64,000 nt of DNA from Proteobacteria bacterium UBA5122 (GCA_002415485.1 DHYU01000071.1:389-64388), one strand, 5' to 3'; counted from the stretch's first letter, positions 1 to 10,103 are shown. Notes: generated by a model not told the origin, from the sequence alone. Made by a program: numbers and translations.

Positions 1-758
1 CGCAAAACATCGTCGACTACCGCGACAGCAACGGCGCCTTCAAAAATCGCAAAGAGCTGCTCAACGTCAGCCGCCTCGGTGCCAAGGCCTTCGAACAGGC
101 CGCCGGCTTCCTGCGCATCATGAACGGCGACAACCCGCTCGACGCCTCCGCCGTCCACCCCGAGGCCTACCCCGTCGTGCAACGCATCGCCGAATCATCG
201 AACAAAGACCTGCGCGACATCATCGGCGACAGCGGCTTCCTCAAAAAACTCGACCCGAAAAAATTCACCGACGAAACCTTTGGTGAACCGACCGTGCGCG
301 ACATCTTGAGCGAACTCGACAAACCCGGCCGCGACCCACGCCCCGAGTTCACCACCGCCACCTTCAAGGAAGGCGTCGAAAAGGTCAGCGACCTGAAAGA
401 AGGCATGATGCTCGAAGGCGTCGTCACCAACGTCGCCAACTTCGGCGCCTTCGTCGACATCGGCGTGCACCAGGACGGCCTGGTCCACATCTCCGAACTG
501 GCCGACAAATACGTCAGCGACCCACGCGAAGTGGTCAAGGCCGGTGACGTCGTCAGCGTGCGTGTACTCGATGTCGACCTCAAACGCCAACGCATCGCGC
601 TGAGCATGAAAAAACAATCCGACGGCGGCGAACGCATCAAAGAAGAAAAGGCCGCCAACATGCGCGGCGGCCCACAACACAAACAAAAACAAAATCCCCG
701 CCAGGAGAGCCAACCGCAAGGCGCAATGGCCGCGGCGTTTGCCAGTCTCAAGCGCTGA
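1..758 (+). CDS. tex: Transcription accessory protein Tex, C-terminal part (5' end outside window)
   Basis: Frame is open from the window edge (phase from nt 3: [38 protein letters not shown]...). C-terminal S1 domain [29 protein letters not shown] and a basic tail, as in Tex/YhgF. Confidence 0.85.
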   Translation, partial: QNIVDYRDSNGAFKNRKELLNVSRLGAKAFEQAAGFLRIMNGDNPLDASAVHPEAYPVVQRIAESSNKDLRDIIGDSGFLKKLDPKKFTDETFGEPTVRDILSELDKPGRDPRPEFTTATFKEGVEKVSDLKEGMMLEGVVTNVANFGAFVDIGVHQDGLVHISELADKYVSDPREVVKAGDVVSVRVLDVDLKRQRIALSMKKQSDGGERIKEEKAANMRGGPQHKQKQNPRQESQPQGAMAAAFASLKR

Positions 759-761
759 TAC

Positions 762-791
762 AAAAAAGGGGCGAATCACTCGCCCCTTTTT
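762..791. terminator. Bidirectional rho-independent terminator
   Basis: A6-GGGGCGA-atcac-TCGCCCC-T5 hairpin lying between the tex stop (+) and the stop of a small minus-strand ORF. Confidence 0.8.
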
Positions 792-800
792 CTCTAGTGA

Positions 801-950
801 TCAGTCAGGTGGCCGATTCTCATCCCGCGGCGGCTGCATCAACACCGCCAGTTTCTTCTTCAACAAAAACAAAGCGCCGAACACTGCGAGGGCGATCAGC
901 ATCCCGATCCAAGGGTAGTCCAGCAGTAGTTTGATCACCGTGCCGTCCAT
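801..950 (-). CDS. Small hypothetical membrane protein (49 aa), below the ORF-track cutoff
   Basis: Hand translation: MDGTVIKLLLDYPWIGMLIALAVFGALFLLKKKLAVLMQPPRDENRPPD. GGAGG sits 7 nt upstream of the ATG, there is one hydrophobic helix, and the ORF ends at the bidirectional terminator. Confidence 0.45.
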   Translation of the reverse strand: MDGTVIKLLLDYPWIGMLIALAVFGALFLLKKKLAVLMQPPRDENRPPD

Positions 951-1001
951 CGTCACACCTCCAGACTCTATGGTCTATCCACCATACAACAACACAAATC
1001 G

Positions 1002-1679
1002 TTACAACCAGACCATCAACTCACTCAGGGCGGTGGAGTGTTGGATATAGGCCTGATCAGTTTGTCTGGCGTAGACCTGGGTGGCGCGCAACAGCTGTTT
1101 GACCGACATGGCCTCGACATCGTGACCGGGCGCGGCGGCCGACACATAGCCCCACATGTGCTGCACGGCGTTGCGTGCCCCGCCCAGACTCGGCGCCACA
1201 CCAAGTAACGCCACCAATTGCTCGGCCAAGACATCGAAGCTCAACGCCTTGCCCGCCAGCGCACGGCCGATGGCCTGGTATTGCGCCGTATCACGCGCCA
1301 TGACCGAATACTTGTGCTGCCGCCATAGCTGCTGCGGATGATCCGGCGGCGGAATGCGCCCCGCCGCGCCTCGGCGATAACGCTCGCGTAACAATTGATA
1401 TTGGCGATGCGGCGGTTCCCGATAGCGCGTCGGCCACACCGGTGGCAATGATACCGATTCGGCCAACCCATCCATCTCGACAAAAGTCTCCCCCCGCAGC
1501 GCCAGCTCTGCCTGCAACAAACGACACCGCTGCGTCACCGCCCACGTACAGCCGCGCCAACGCACTGCCTCGGCATCCTCCGCCGGCGCGCCATCACCCA
1601 CCATCCATCCGCGCAATGTCGCCAGTTCCGCATGCAGATCGGCATCACTCAAATACGCCGCTGGGATATCAAAGACCAT
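1002..1679 (-). CDS. DUF1722 (YbgA-like) domain protein
   Basis: The internal Met (MVFDIPAAYL...) is preferred over the 1730 start. The C-terminal half (QHKYSVMARDTAQYQAIGRAL...NAVQHMWGYVS) resembles the YbgA/DUF1722 pattern from memory. Confidence 0.55.
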   Translation of the reverse strand: MVFDIPAAYLSDADLHAELATLRGWMVGDGAPAEDAEAVRWRGCTWAVTQRCRLLQAELALRGETFVEMDGLAESVSLPPVWPTRYREPPHRQYQLLRERYRRGAAGRIPPPDHPQQLWRQHKYSVMARDTAQYQAIGRALAGKALSFDVLAEQLVALLGVAPSLGGARNAVQHMWGYVSAAAPGHDVEAMSVKQLLRATQVYARQTDQAYIQHSTALSELMVWL

Positions 1680-1801
1680 CACTTGTTTGCCTTGAAAGAG
1701 ATAAAAGAAGACTAGAAGAATCGTCGCCATATCTCGAATCGCACGTTCATCACAGCCCGCTATAATCAGCCCCCATCAGATTCTCTACGAGCGCCCACGA
1801 T

Positions 1802-2353
1802 ATGAACGTCACCTACTATGTTGCCAGCAGCCTGGATGGTTTCATCGCCCGCCCCGACGGCGATGTGTCGTGGCTAGATACGCTGAATATTGACCAAACA
1901 AACACCGGTTACGAGCAGTTCTACGCCACGGTCGACGGCATTGTCATGGGCCGCAATACCTATGACTTCATCGTCAAACATGGCGCCTGGCCGTATCAAG
2001 ACAAACCCACCTGGGTCTGCAGTCAGCGCGAGTTTGACGCGATGGAGGGGTGCAACCTGCAACCGGGGCGCAGCGTCAGCGATACCCTCACCCAGGCGCG
2101 CGCTTTAAACATTCAGCATTTATGGCTGGTCGGCGGTGGCCTGCTCGCCGCCTCGTTTATCCGCCAGCAAGCCCTGACCCACCTCAGCATTTCACAGATG
2201 CCGATTGTGCTCGGCCGGGGCCTGCCGCTGTTCGGCGATTTAGAAAACACCGTTGCACTGCGCCCACAACACGCTCCCAACAGGGATGCCGGTTTTACCC
2301 AATTGGACTACTGCATCGACTATGCCACAGAGGCGAAGCCGCCACGCACTTAG
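1802..2353 (+). CDS. Dihydrofolate reductase-family protein (RibD C-terminal domain type)
   Basis: MNVTYYVASSLDGFIARPDGDVSWL...GIVMGRNTYDF...LWLVGGG is typical of the RibD_C/YwjB-like family. Confidence 0.8.
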   Translation: MNVTYYVASSLDGFIARPDGDVSWLDTLNIDQTNTGYEQFYATVDGIVMGRNTYDFIVKHGAWPYQDKPTWVCSQREFDAMEGCNLQPGRSVSDTLTQARALNIQHLWLVGGGLLAASFIRQQALTHLSISQMPIVLGRGLPLFGDLENTVALRPQHAPNRDAGFTQLDYCIDYATEAKPPRT

Positions 2354-2428
2354 GGCCACAGCGCTTTTTGTGGCCCCGCCCCGCCGACGCCACTATAATA
2401 GGCGTTTTCCATTTCCGAGCCGTATCCC

Positions 2429-2821
2429 ATGTCCGAATCCAAATTCAGCGCCCAACAACTGGACGCGATCAACGCCATGCCTGCCGAGCAACGCTACGAT
2501 TATTTCATCACTCAGATCATCGAACTGCGCGAGGTCTGGGGCCTGGCCAGCGACGATGGCTGGTTTGTGATCCCCGAAGACGACGAAGACGGCGAACAAC
2601 TGCCGGTGTGGCCACACGCCGAACTGGCCCAGCTGTGGGTGGAAGGCGAGTTGTCTGATTGCAAACCCGTCGCCATCAGCTTTGATGACTGGATGGAGAC
2701 CTGGTTGCCCGGCATGGACAACGACGGCCTGCTGGCCACTGTCTGTCCGGATCGCGAAACCGACGCCATCGTCGTCAGCGCCGGTGAGTTGTTGTCCGAC
2801 ATCAAACACAAGTTTTCGTAA
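2429..2821 (+). CDS. DUF2750 family protein
   Basis: The pattern RYDYFITQIIELREVWGL..DDGW...LPVWPH..A is characteristic of DUF2750. Confidence 0.65.
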   Translation: MSESKFSAQQLDAINAMPAEQRYDYFITQIIELREVWGLASDDGWFVIPEDDEDGEQLPVWPHAELAQLWVEGELSDCKPVAISFDDWMETWLPGMDNDGLLATVCPDRETDAIVVSAGELLSDIKHKFS

Positions 2822-2824
2822 ACG

Positions 2825-3190
2825 ATGTCTGTGATGAACACCGCCGAGCTGATCGCCCGCCTCAAAACCGCGCCGGACAGCGTTGAGTTCAACGACGTCA
2901 TCGCCACCATCGCGCAGGACTACAACTATCGCCCCAGCCGTTTCAGCAACGGCCGCGGCGAGGGGCAGGTCGTCAACGAGGCGGGCAAAAACGAGGGCTC
3001 GTGCAAGATCTTCGCCTTCGCCCAACTCAACGAGCTGACGCAGGACGAGACCCTCGCCTGCTTCGGCCATTTTTACCGCGACCACGTACTGCCACACCCG
3101 AACGGCGATGACCACATGAACATCCGCAACTTCATGCAGTTCGGCTGGGACGGTATCCACTTCGACCAGAGCGCCCTCAGCGCCAAATAG
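2825..3190 (+). CDS. HopJ type III effector family protein
   Basis: NEAGKNEGSCKIFAFAQL...TLACFGHFYRD...DHMNIRNFMQFGW matches the HopJ family signature as recalled. Confidence 0.75.
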   Translation: MSVMNTAELIARLKTAPDSVEFNDVIATIAQDYNYRPSRFSNGRGEGQVVNEAGKNEGSCKIFAFAQLNELTQDETLACFGHFYRDHVLPHPNGDDHMNIRNFMQFGWDGIHFDQSALSAK

Positions 3191-3204
3191 GCTCAGCGCG
3201 GCCC

Positions 3205-4164
3205 ATGGCTCATCCCGTCGATAGCCTGCCCGCGCCGCTGAGCTACTTTCCGCTGTCGGCGCGGCCGTTTGAGTTCAGCGCCGGGCTGCGGCCGCTGCCC
3301 GCCAGCAGCCATCACCCGCTCGACCAGATCTTCCAGCTCGACCAACAGTGGCCGCAGTATCGGCAAAACAAACTCGATGCCCGCGACGAACACTTCGACA
3401 AATATGTCTGCCGCGCCAACCTGACACCCGCCACCGAGGCAGCCGCCTGTGCGCTGATCGTGCAACAGTTGCGCCACGAACATCCGGCGCTGTTCAGCCT
3501 CGACGACCACACACTCCACTGTGCGCTCAGTGCAGAGACACTGACCTTCGATGAGAACTGGGCGCTGCCCGCGACCTCTCCGTACCACGACAGCCTCGAC
3601 GCCCTCTGCTGCCAGATCCAGGAAGACCTGGCGATCATCGAGGTCGATGACCGGGGCCGCGACCGCATCAGCTATCTGCACCTGTGCGCCCCCAACCACT
3701 GGGCGGCGCAGGACAAGCTCGACCACAGTTTTCTGCACGCCCACGCGCCGATCCCGGCGATGGAGCGCATCAACCGCCACAGCGAAAAACTGGTTCACAG
3801 CCTGATCGACAAGGGCCCATTCGAACGCTTCGCCTGGGGCCTGGCCACCGACACACGACTCAACCACCACCCACTGCCACCCGCCGGGGTCGATGCCGAC
3901 GCGTGGCGTGGCCGCGCCTTCGATCCGGCCCAGCCACGTCTGTATCTGCGCATCGAACGCCAGACCACCACCGGCCTGCCCGAACAACGCGCGCTGCTGT
4001 TTACCATCCGCAGTTATCACCGCGATGTGACCACCCTGGATACCGAACAACGCCGTGTGCTGTGCAGCACTATCACTAGCATGACTCCGGCCGTTAAATC
4101 CTACAAAGGGCTGGCGGATACGAGCGTAAAAATCATTGATTTTTTAATGGAAATATCTGCCTAG
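3205..4164 (+). CDS. DUF3445 family protein (heme-dependent oxidative N-demethylase-like)
   Basis: 319-aa ORF containing YLHLCAPNHWAAQDKL....RFAWGL and LFTIRSY motifs recalled for DUF3445. The opposite-strand ORFs look like shadows. Confidence 0.65.
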   Translation: MAHPVDSLPAPLSYFPLSARPFEFSAGLRPLPASSHHPLDQIFQLDQQWPQYRQNKLDARDEHFDKYVCRANLTPATEAAACALIVQQLRHEHPALFSLDDHTLHCALSAETLTFDENWALPATSPYHDSLDALCCQIQEDLAIIEVDDRGRDRISYLHLCAPNHWAAQDKLDHSFLHAHAPIPAMERINRHSEKLVHSLIDKGPFERFAWGLATDTRLNHHPLPPAGVDADAWRGRAFDPAQPRLYLRIERQTTTGLPEQRALLFTIRSYHRDVTTLDTEQRRVLCSTITSMTPAVKSYKGLADTSVKIIDFLMEISA

Positions 4165-4254
4165 CGAGCGACGCCATCTCGCGCCAACCCAACCTAGGCC
4201 CAAGCAGAATATGCTAATATTTGCCCGCAACATTTAGGAACCACCATTAGCAGC

Positions 4255-6369
4255 ATGAAACACCTTCGTACTTCCGTTCTTCTGATCGCCGCCACCTTCT
4301 ACGCGGCCCCTGGCCTCGCAGAACTGCCTGCCTTTAACGACAGCCTGCTGCTGTCGATCGCGACCGGCACCGAACAACCGCTGACGCGCGCACCCTCCGT
4401 CGCGACGATCATCACCGCCGAGCAGATCCGCAACATGGGCGCCACCAAGCTCAGCCAGGTGCTCGACACCGTGCCCGGCATCCACGTCTATCCGCTCGCC
4501 TACATCGGCATGCAGCCCGCGTATTCGATCCGCGGCATCCATACCGGCGGCGCCGCCGAATTATTGTTCATGCGCAACGGCATCCCGATCCAGCAACCCA
4601 CCAGTGGCGGCCCGTTCAATGCCTTCGACATGCACACCCAGGACATCGCCCGTCTCGAAATCATTCGCGGCCCCGGCTCGGCCGTCTACGGCGCCGATGC
4701 CTTTTCCGGCGTCGTCAACATCATCACCAAAGACGCCAACGACCTGAACGGTAACCACACGGGCATCCGCAGCGGCTCATTCGACAGCCAACAGGCCTGG
4801 CTACAACACGGCGGCCACTATGGCGACTGGGAACTTGCCTTTAATCTGGACGTAGGCAAGACCGACGGCGACCGCAGTCGCATCATAGAGCGCGACCTGC
4901 AGAACAGCCTCGACAAAACCTTCAACACCACGGCCAGTCTCGCCCCCGGCCCGCTGGCGACTGGAGGCGAAACGCTCAACAGCTATCTGAATCTGAAACA
5001 CGGCGCCTGGTCGGTCGATCTGTGGCGCTGGCAGGTGCGTGACAGCGGCAACGGCGCCAACGCCACCTATGCCCTGGACCCCAACGCCGTCGGCAGCGAG
5101 GACTATAGCTCCAGCCAAATCGCCCTCGAGTACCAAGAACAGCTAACGACAGATTGGTCGTTCAACACCCATCTGAGCTATTCGGTACAGGAACTGCGCC
5201 GCCGTTACATGCTGTTTCCACCCGGCGCCAAACTGCCCATCAACAGCGATGGCAACGTCGACTTCGCAAACCCTGTCGGCCTCGTCACCTTCACCGACGG
5301 CATGCACGGCTACCCTTCGGCGGATATGGCAACACGGGAATTTGAAACCAGCTCGATCTTTGAAGGGTTTACCAATCAACGCTGGCGCCTCGGCATTGGC
5401 AGCACCCACATCTCTGCGCGTGGATATTCACACAAGAACTTTGGCAAGGGCATCATCGACGGCACCCAGCCCGTCGTCGATGGTACCTTGACCTACATCG
5501 ACGGCGGTCCCTCGCACTTTTACGATACTCCGAAAAAAGAACGCAATCGTTGGCATGTCTCACTGCAGGATGAGTGGCAGTTTCTGCCCGATTGGATGCT
5601 GACCGCCGGCCTGCGTTACGACCGCTATTCAGACTTCGGCAGCACCACCAACCCACGCGCCGCACTGGTATGGGCCACGCGCCACAACCTGACCACCAAA
5701 CTGCTCTATGGTGAGGCCTTCCGCGCGCCGTCATTCAACGAGCTGTACCTGATCAACAACCCCTCGACCTGGGGCGACCCCAATCTGAACCCGGTGACCA
5801 TCAACACCACCGAGTTGATGGTGATCTACGAGCCCACGTTTGATCTGCACACCATCGCCAACCTTTATCAGTACGATATCGATGACGCCATCGTCTATCG
5901 CACCGACCCGTCGGCCAACGTCAACCGCGCCACCAACCTCGGCGGCCAGCAGGGACATGGCCTCGAACTGGAGGCACAATGGCAGATCAGCCGCCCCCTG
6001 CGTCTCGATGCCAACGCCAACTGGCAACAGGCCGAATATGAACTCAGCGGCGCCGATGTCGCTGACGCCCCCGCCCGCCAGCTGTTTGTGGCCGCCTTCT
6101 GGCAGATGACTAGCGCCTGGTCCCTGTATGGCCAAAGCAAGTGGGTCAGCCATCGCCAACGCCCCGTCGGTGATGGCCGTGACCGCATCGCCGATCACAC
6201 GCTCACCAACCTCAGTCTGCGTTACCAAGCCAGCCAAGGCTGGCACAGCGCGCTGCTGGTGAAGAACCTGTTTGACCGCGAGGCCTTCGACCCCAACAAC
6301 GGTCCGGGCAAGGATGATTTTCCGCGTGAGGGTCGCAGCGTCATGCTCGAGCTGGGTACCGAGTTCTAA
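4255..6369 (+). CDS. TonB-dependent outer-membrane receptor
   Basis: Signal peptide, plug region (APSVATIITAEQIRNMGATKLSQVLDTVPGIHV, IEIIRGPGSAVYGADAFSGVVNIITK), long beta-barrel, and terminal ...LELGTEF ending in an aromatic residue. Confidence 0.9.
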   Translation: MKHLRTSVLLIAATFYAAPGLAELPAFNDSLLLSIATGTEQPLTRAPSVATIITAEQIRNMGATKLSQVLDTVPGIHVYPLAYIGMQPAYSIRGIHTGGAAELLFMRNGIPIQQPTSGGPFNAFDMHTQDIARLEIIRGPGSAVYGADAFSGVVNIITKDANDLNGNHTGIRSGSFDSQQAWLQHGGHYGDWELAFNLDVGKTDGDRSRIIERDLQNSLDKTFNTTASLAPGPLATGGETLNSYLNLKHGAWSVDLWRWQVRDSGNGANATYALDPNAVGSEDYSSSQIALEYQEQLTTDWSFNTHLSYSVQELRRRYMLFPPGAKLPINSDGNVDFANPVGLVTFTDGMHGYPSADMATREFETSSIFEGFTNQRWRLGIGSTHISARGYSHKNFGKGIIDGTQPVVDGTLTYIDGGPSHFYDTPKKERNRWHVSLQDEWQFLPDWMLTAGLRYDRYSDFGSTTNPRAALVWATRHNLTTKLLYGEAFRAPSFNELYLINNPSTWGDPNLNPVTINTTELMVIYEPTFDLHTIANLYQYDIDDAIVYRTDPSANVNRATNLGGQQGHGLELEAQWQISRPLRLDANANWQQAEYELSGADVADAPARQLFVAAFWQMTSAWSLYGQSKWVSHRQRPVGDGRDRIADHTLTNLSLRYQASQGWHSALLVKNLFDREAFDPNNGPGKDDFPREGRSVMLELGTEF

Positions 6370-6382
6370 CTACCCGCCGCCG

Positions 6383-6814
6383 TTACCAATCCACCTTACG
6401 GCGCAAGGCCTTCTGTTTGCCTTGCTTGGTCTTGCTCTCCAGGCGCCGCTGTTTGGCGGCCTTGGACGGCTGCGTGGCGCGGCGTTTTTTCTGCACCACC
6501 ATCGCCGCCTGGATCAGCTCGGCCAGCCGTAGCAGCGCATCTTCGCGATTGCGCTCCTGGCTGCGATAACGCTGGGCCTTGATCACGATCACGCCGTCTT
6601 CCGTCATGCGCCGGTCGCGTTTTTGCAGCAGCCGTTCTTTGTAGCTCTCTGGCAACGATGAGGCCGCGACATCAAAACGCAGATGGATCGCCGTCGCGAC
6701 CTTGTTGACGTTCTGACCACCGGGGCCGGCGGCGCGCATGGCGGTCAACTCGATCTCGGCCAACGGGATCGCCACCCGCGCCGACAGGTGCAGGGATTTA
6801 TCGTCGATGCTCAT
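6383..6814 (-). CDS. arfB: Alternative ribosome-rescue factor ArfB (peptidyl-tRNA hydrolase, YaeJ)
   Basis: GGQ motif (AAGPGGQNVNKVATAIHLRFD) and a basic C-terminal tail. Start taken at MSIDDKSL; its ATG overlaps the upstream gene's stop (ATGA). Confidence 0.85.
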   Translation of the reverse strand: MSIDDKSLHLSARVAIPLAEIELTAMRAAGPGGQNVNKVATAIHLRFDVAASSLPESYKERLLQKRDRRMTEDGVIVIKAQRYRSQERNREDALLRLAELIQAAMVVQKKRRATQPSKAAKQRRLESKTKQGKQKALRRKVDW

Positions 6815-8043
6815 GTGTCCCTCCGCGCCGACAGCAGGATGTTGCGCGGCGTCAGCTCCGGTGCACAAAACAGGCGCAGTGTCAGTTGATAGCCGTGTTG
6901 TTGCAGGTAACAGCCCATATCCAGCACCAGCCACATCTCGATGAAACGTGCGAACGCGGCCCGCACCACGCCCAGCCGCATCACCTCTCGCTGGGCCTGC
7001 CAGGCCTCGGCCTCACAACGCGCCCAGTCGATCGCACCAAGCCCGGTCAAACTCAGACCTTCGCGCACGGCCAGCTGCGTGCAAAAACCTTCATAGTCCA
7101 GCGTCAGCCAGGCCTTGTCGATCGGGCGTATTGGCTGATAACCGTCATCACCCGTGCTGCGACGACGCAGTGCGGCAAAGCCCAGTTTCCACGCCATCTC
7201 CTGATCGCGTTTGCGCCGTTCGCGGCCACTGGCGGTGGTGGTCTGCGTCACTGCCAGTCGCAGATCATCACGCGTCAATGGCAGCTGCGGCCCGTCACAC
7301 CAGGCGCGATAAACCTCGCCCGCCCCCAGGTGGTAACAACACGGCGCCACATCCAGCGCCGCGACACCGGCCGCGATCGATTCGCGCAGCAGATGACGAT
7401 GCAGCTCACCACAGGCATGCAGGGCCAAGGCATGTCGCCCGGCCAGATGTCCGCGCGCCAGTGGCGTCAGCACATCCAACACCTCAAAGCGCTGCGCGAC
7501 GCGGCTGCGCGTCGCCAAGGACCGGCCGTGCTCGCACAGGGCCGCGTCCCGCTCCAGGCTCAGCACCTCGGCCCCGCTGCGCGCCGCCAGCAAACGGCCC
7601 AAATGCCCCTTGCCCGCGCACCACTCCAGCAGCGGCGCACGCACGGCGTCAAGCGCATCGGCAAAGGCGGTGATCTGCGCCCACTTGCGCCCCGGCACAT
7701 CCCACTGCCAGTGTGGGCTGTCGCTGGTGCAATCTTCATTCGGAGCAGCGGCTTGCACCTGCGCCAACCGCGCCGCCTGCTGCATCGCCCGCAGTTGTTC
7801 GGCCTCGGCCGTGGGCAGCTGCGAGCACAACCAATCCGCGGCCAACATCCCATCGGCCAACAGTGATGCTAGCTGTTCGTCGCTGAGTGCCAGCACCGCC
7901 TGTGTCAGTTCGGGGTAGGCCGCACACCAATCCGGCCGCCCCTTGAAGGGTTGCGGCCGCCACAGGTGGGCCAAGGCCAACAGGCCACGATCGAGCGTGA
8001 GCAGGCGATGATTCCAGTCGCTATTGAGGTGATGGTCAGGCAT
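6811..8043 (-). CDS. SAM-dependent methyltransferase-like protein (Methyltransf_32-like)
   Basis: LLEWCAGKGHLGRLLA is a glycine-rich SAM-binding-like motif. Start set at MPDHHLNSDW (8043), because the longer 8301 start overlaps the divergent PCuAC gene. Confidence 0.55.
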   Translation of the reverse strand: MPDHHLNSDWNHRLLTLDRGLLALAHLWRPQPFKGRPDWCAAYPELTQAVLALSDEQLASLLADGMLAADWLCSQLPTAEAEQLRAMQQAARLAQVQAAAPNEDCTSDSPHWQWDVPGRKWAQITAFADALDAVRAPLLEWCAGKGHLGRLLAARSGAEVLSLERDAALCEHGRSLATRSRVAQRFEVLDVLTPLARGHLAGRHALALHACGELHRHLLRESIAAGVAALDVAPCCYHLGAGEVYRAWCDGPQLPLTRDDLRLAVTQTTTASGRERRKRDQEMAWKLGFAALRRRSTGDDGYQPIRPIDKAWLTLDYEGFCTQLAVREGLSLTGLGAIDWARCEAEAWQAQREVMRLGVVRAAFARFIEMWLVLDMGCYLQQHGYQLTLRLFCAPELTPRNILLSARRDT

Positions 8044-8133
8044 GGGCGGATTGTAACGGGCAGGCGGCAGATTGTCGCAACAGTGATAAACTCGTGACAT
8101 TTCACCGACACCAAAACCAACCCGAGGTTTGTT

Positions 8134-8625
8134 ATGAAACGGATACTGACCCTGCTCGGACTGAGCATCGCGATGGGCGCGGCCCAGGCGGAGATCATCA
8201 TCAAAGACGCCTACGTCAATGCACCACCGCCGATGACCCAGGTCACGGCCGGTTTTTTTGAACTGGAAAACCACGGTCACGATACCGTGCGCCTGACCCA
8301 CTTCAGCAGCCCGGTCGCAGGCAAGGTTGAACTACACGCCACCGTCGAACAGGACGGCATGAGCAAGATGATCGCGCAGGATGGCGTTGACATCCCCAGC
8401 CACGGCAGCGTCAAACTACAACACGGCGGCCTGCACCTGATGCTGATGAAACTGACTCAGGAATTGAAACCCGGCGACAAGGTCGACATCAGCCTCGGCT
8501 TCGACAACGGTGACGAGCTGGTGCAGCGCTTCGAAGTGCGCGACATGCGCAAACACAACATGGACCACGGCCATCACGGCGGCCACGCGCCCAAAGAGGA
8601 CACGGGCCACCACGGGCACCACTAA
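8134..8625 (+). CDS. Periplasmic copper chaperone PCu(A)C (DUF461) with His-rich tail
   Basis: Signal peptide, ELHATVEQDGMSKM and GGLHLMLM metal-binding motifs, and a C-terminal HNMDHGHHGGHAPKEDTGHHGHH tail. Confidence 0.8.
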   Translation: MKRILTLLGLSIAMGAAQAEIIIKDAYVNAPPPMTQVTAGFFELENHGHDTVRLTHFSSPVAGKVELHATVEQDGMSKMIAQDGVDIPSHGSVKLQHGGLHLMLMKLTQELKPGDKVDISLGFDNGDELVQRFEVRDMRKHNMDHGHHGGHAPKEDTGHHGHH

Positions 8626-9488
8626 GCCACATCCATCCGGGTCAGGCGGCCATTGCGATAATCGCTGATGGCCTGCTCGATCTCGGCCTGGGTGTTCATC
8701 ACAAACGGTCCGTACTGGGCGATCGGTTCGCCCAGCGGCCTGCCCGCCAGCACCAGCAAACGCGTATCCTCACCCGCGGTAAAACGCAGTTCGCCATCAC
8801 GACTAAGCAGGCCCAACTCGCCCTGCATCAATGGCCGCTCGACACCGGCCAATTGAATTCCACCCTGATAGACATAGACCATCGCCGTGTAACCGGCCTT
8901 GATCGGCAACACCAACTCGACCCCGGCCGCCGGGTGCAGATCCAGGAAGAACGGATCGGTCGCATCGGCCTCGATCACACCACGCAAGGTCTCACCGGCC
9001 AGGCTCAGCTCACCGGCGATCAGTTTGTAATAACTGCCATCCACCGTGCGCTCGGGGATCTGCGCCGCGGGCACATCGCGGTAAGACGGCGGCTTCATCT
9101 TGTCGCGTGCCGGCAGATTGAGCCACAACTGAAAACCGGACAGCCGACCGGACTCCTGCTGCGGCATCTCTGAATGAATCACACCATGACCAGCCGTCAT
9201 CCACTGCACATCGCCGCCATTGAGCAGTCCTTTGTTGCCCATGTGGTCTTCGTGCAGCATCTTGCCGACCAACATGTAGGTCACGGTCTCGAAGCCACGA
9301 TGCGGATGCGGCGGGAACCCGGCGATGTAATCATCGGCCTTGTCCGAGCCGAAGGCATCGAGCATCAAAAACGGATCGAAGCGCTCGGGGCCGCGGCCGC
9401 CGAAGATGCGCGTGAGTTTGACACCGGCACCATCCGAGGTCGCCCGGCCCTGAATCACTTCCTGCAATGTGCGTACTGTCGTTGTCAT
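8622..9488 (-). CDS. Pirin family protein
   Basis: GFPPHPHRGFETVTYML...GDVQWMTAGHGVIHSE is the bicupin pirin signature. Confidence 0.9.
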   Translation of the reverse strand: MTTTVRTLQEVIQGRATSDGAGVKLTRIFGGRGPERFDPFLMLDAFGSDKADDYIAGFPPHPHRGFETVTYMLVGKMLHEDHMGNKGLLNGGDVQWMTAGHGVIHSEMPQQESGRLSGFQLWLNLPARDKMKPPSYRDVPAAQIPERTVDGSYYKLIAGELSLAGETLRGVIEADATDPFFLDLHPAAGVELVLPIKAGYTAMVYVYQGGIQLAGVERPLMQGELGLLSRDGELRFTAGEDTRLLVLAGRPLGEPIAQYGPFVMNTQAEIEQAISDYRNGRLTRMDVA

Positions 9489-9500
9489 GTTCGTTATTCC

Positions 9501-10103
9501 TTATGCTGGTGTGGCCAACGCTGCGGCCATCATCTGTCTTGCCTCACTCAGGCCCTGCTCGCGCTGGTCACCGCCCATATTCAACCCCTCAGCGTAGATC
9601 ACCTCGACATCACTGATGCCGATGAATGCCAAAAAATTACGGATAAACGGCACCTGTGTATCCGAAGGCTGGCCCCGATGCAGGCCGCCGCGGGTGGTGA
9701 TCACAAATGCACGCTTGCCCTGCAACAGGCCACGCGGCCCGGCGCTGGTGTATTCAAACGTCACCCCGGCACGGGCAATATGATCGAACCAGGCCTTTAA
9801 CACCGATGGCACTGAAAAGTTATACATCGGCACACCGATGACCAATACATCGGCCCGCTGCACCTGCTCGATCTGGGCATCGGCATAGTCGACCATCGCC
9901 TGCTGGCGCTCGCTACGATCCGCCGCCGCCGTGCCCAGCGCCTGCATCCGCGCCGGATCGACATGGGGCACACCCTCCGCCGCCAGATCACGGTTGACCA
10001 CCTTGTCACCCGGCTGCAGCAGGGCCGCGATCAGCTCGTCCGCCAACTGATGAGAGACCCCACCTTCGGCAAAGACGCTGCTGTCCACTCGCAAAATATT
10101 CAT
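9501..10103 (-). CDS. azoR: FMN-dependent NADH-azoreductase
   Basis: MNILRVDSS...VIGVPMYNFSVPSVLKAWFDHIARAGVTF is the AzoR/AcpD signature. Confidence 0.9.
   Translation of the reverse strand: MNILRVDSSVFAEGGVSHQLADELIAALLQPGDKVVNRDLAAEGVPHVDPARMQALGTAAADRSERQQAMVDYADAQIEQVQRADVLVIGVPMYNFSVPSVLKAWFDHIARAGVTFEYTSAGPRGLLQGKRAFVITTRGGLHRGQPSDTQVPFIRNFLAFIGISDVEVIYAEGLNMGGDQREQGLSEARQMMAAALATPA

Noticed and set aside
4165-4254. Fur box or cobalamin riboswitch upstream of the TonB-dependent receptor.
   Set aside because: The 90-nt gap is too short for a B12 riboswitch. AATATGCTAATATTTGC is only weakly similar to the Fur consensus, which is not enough to call.
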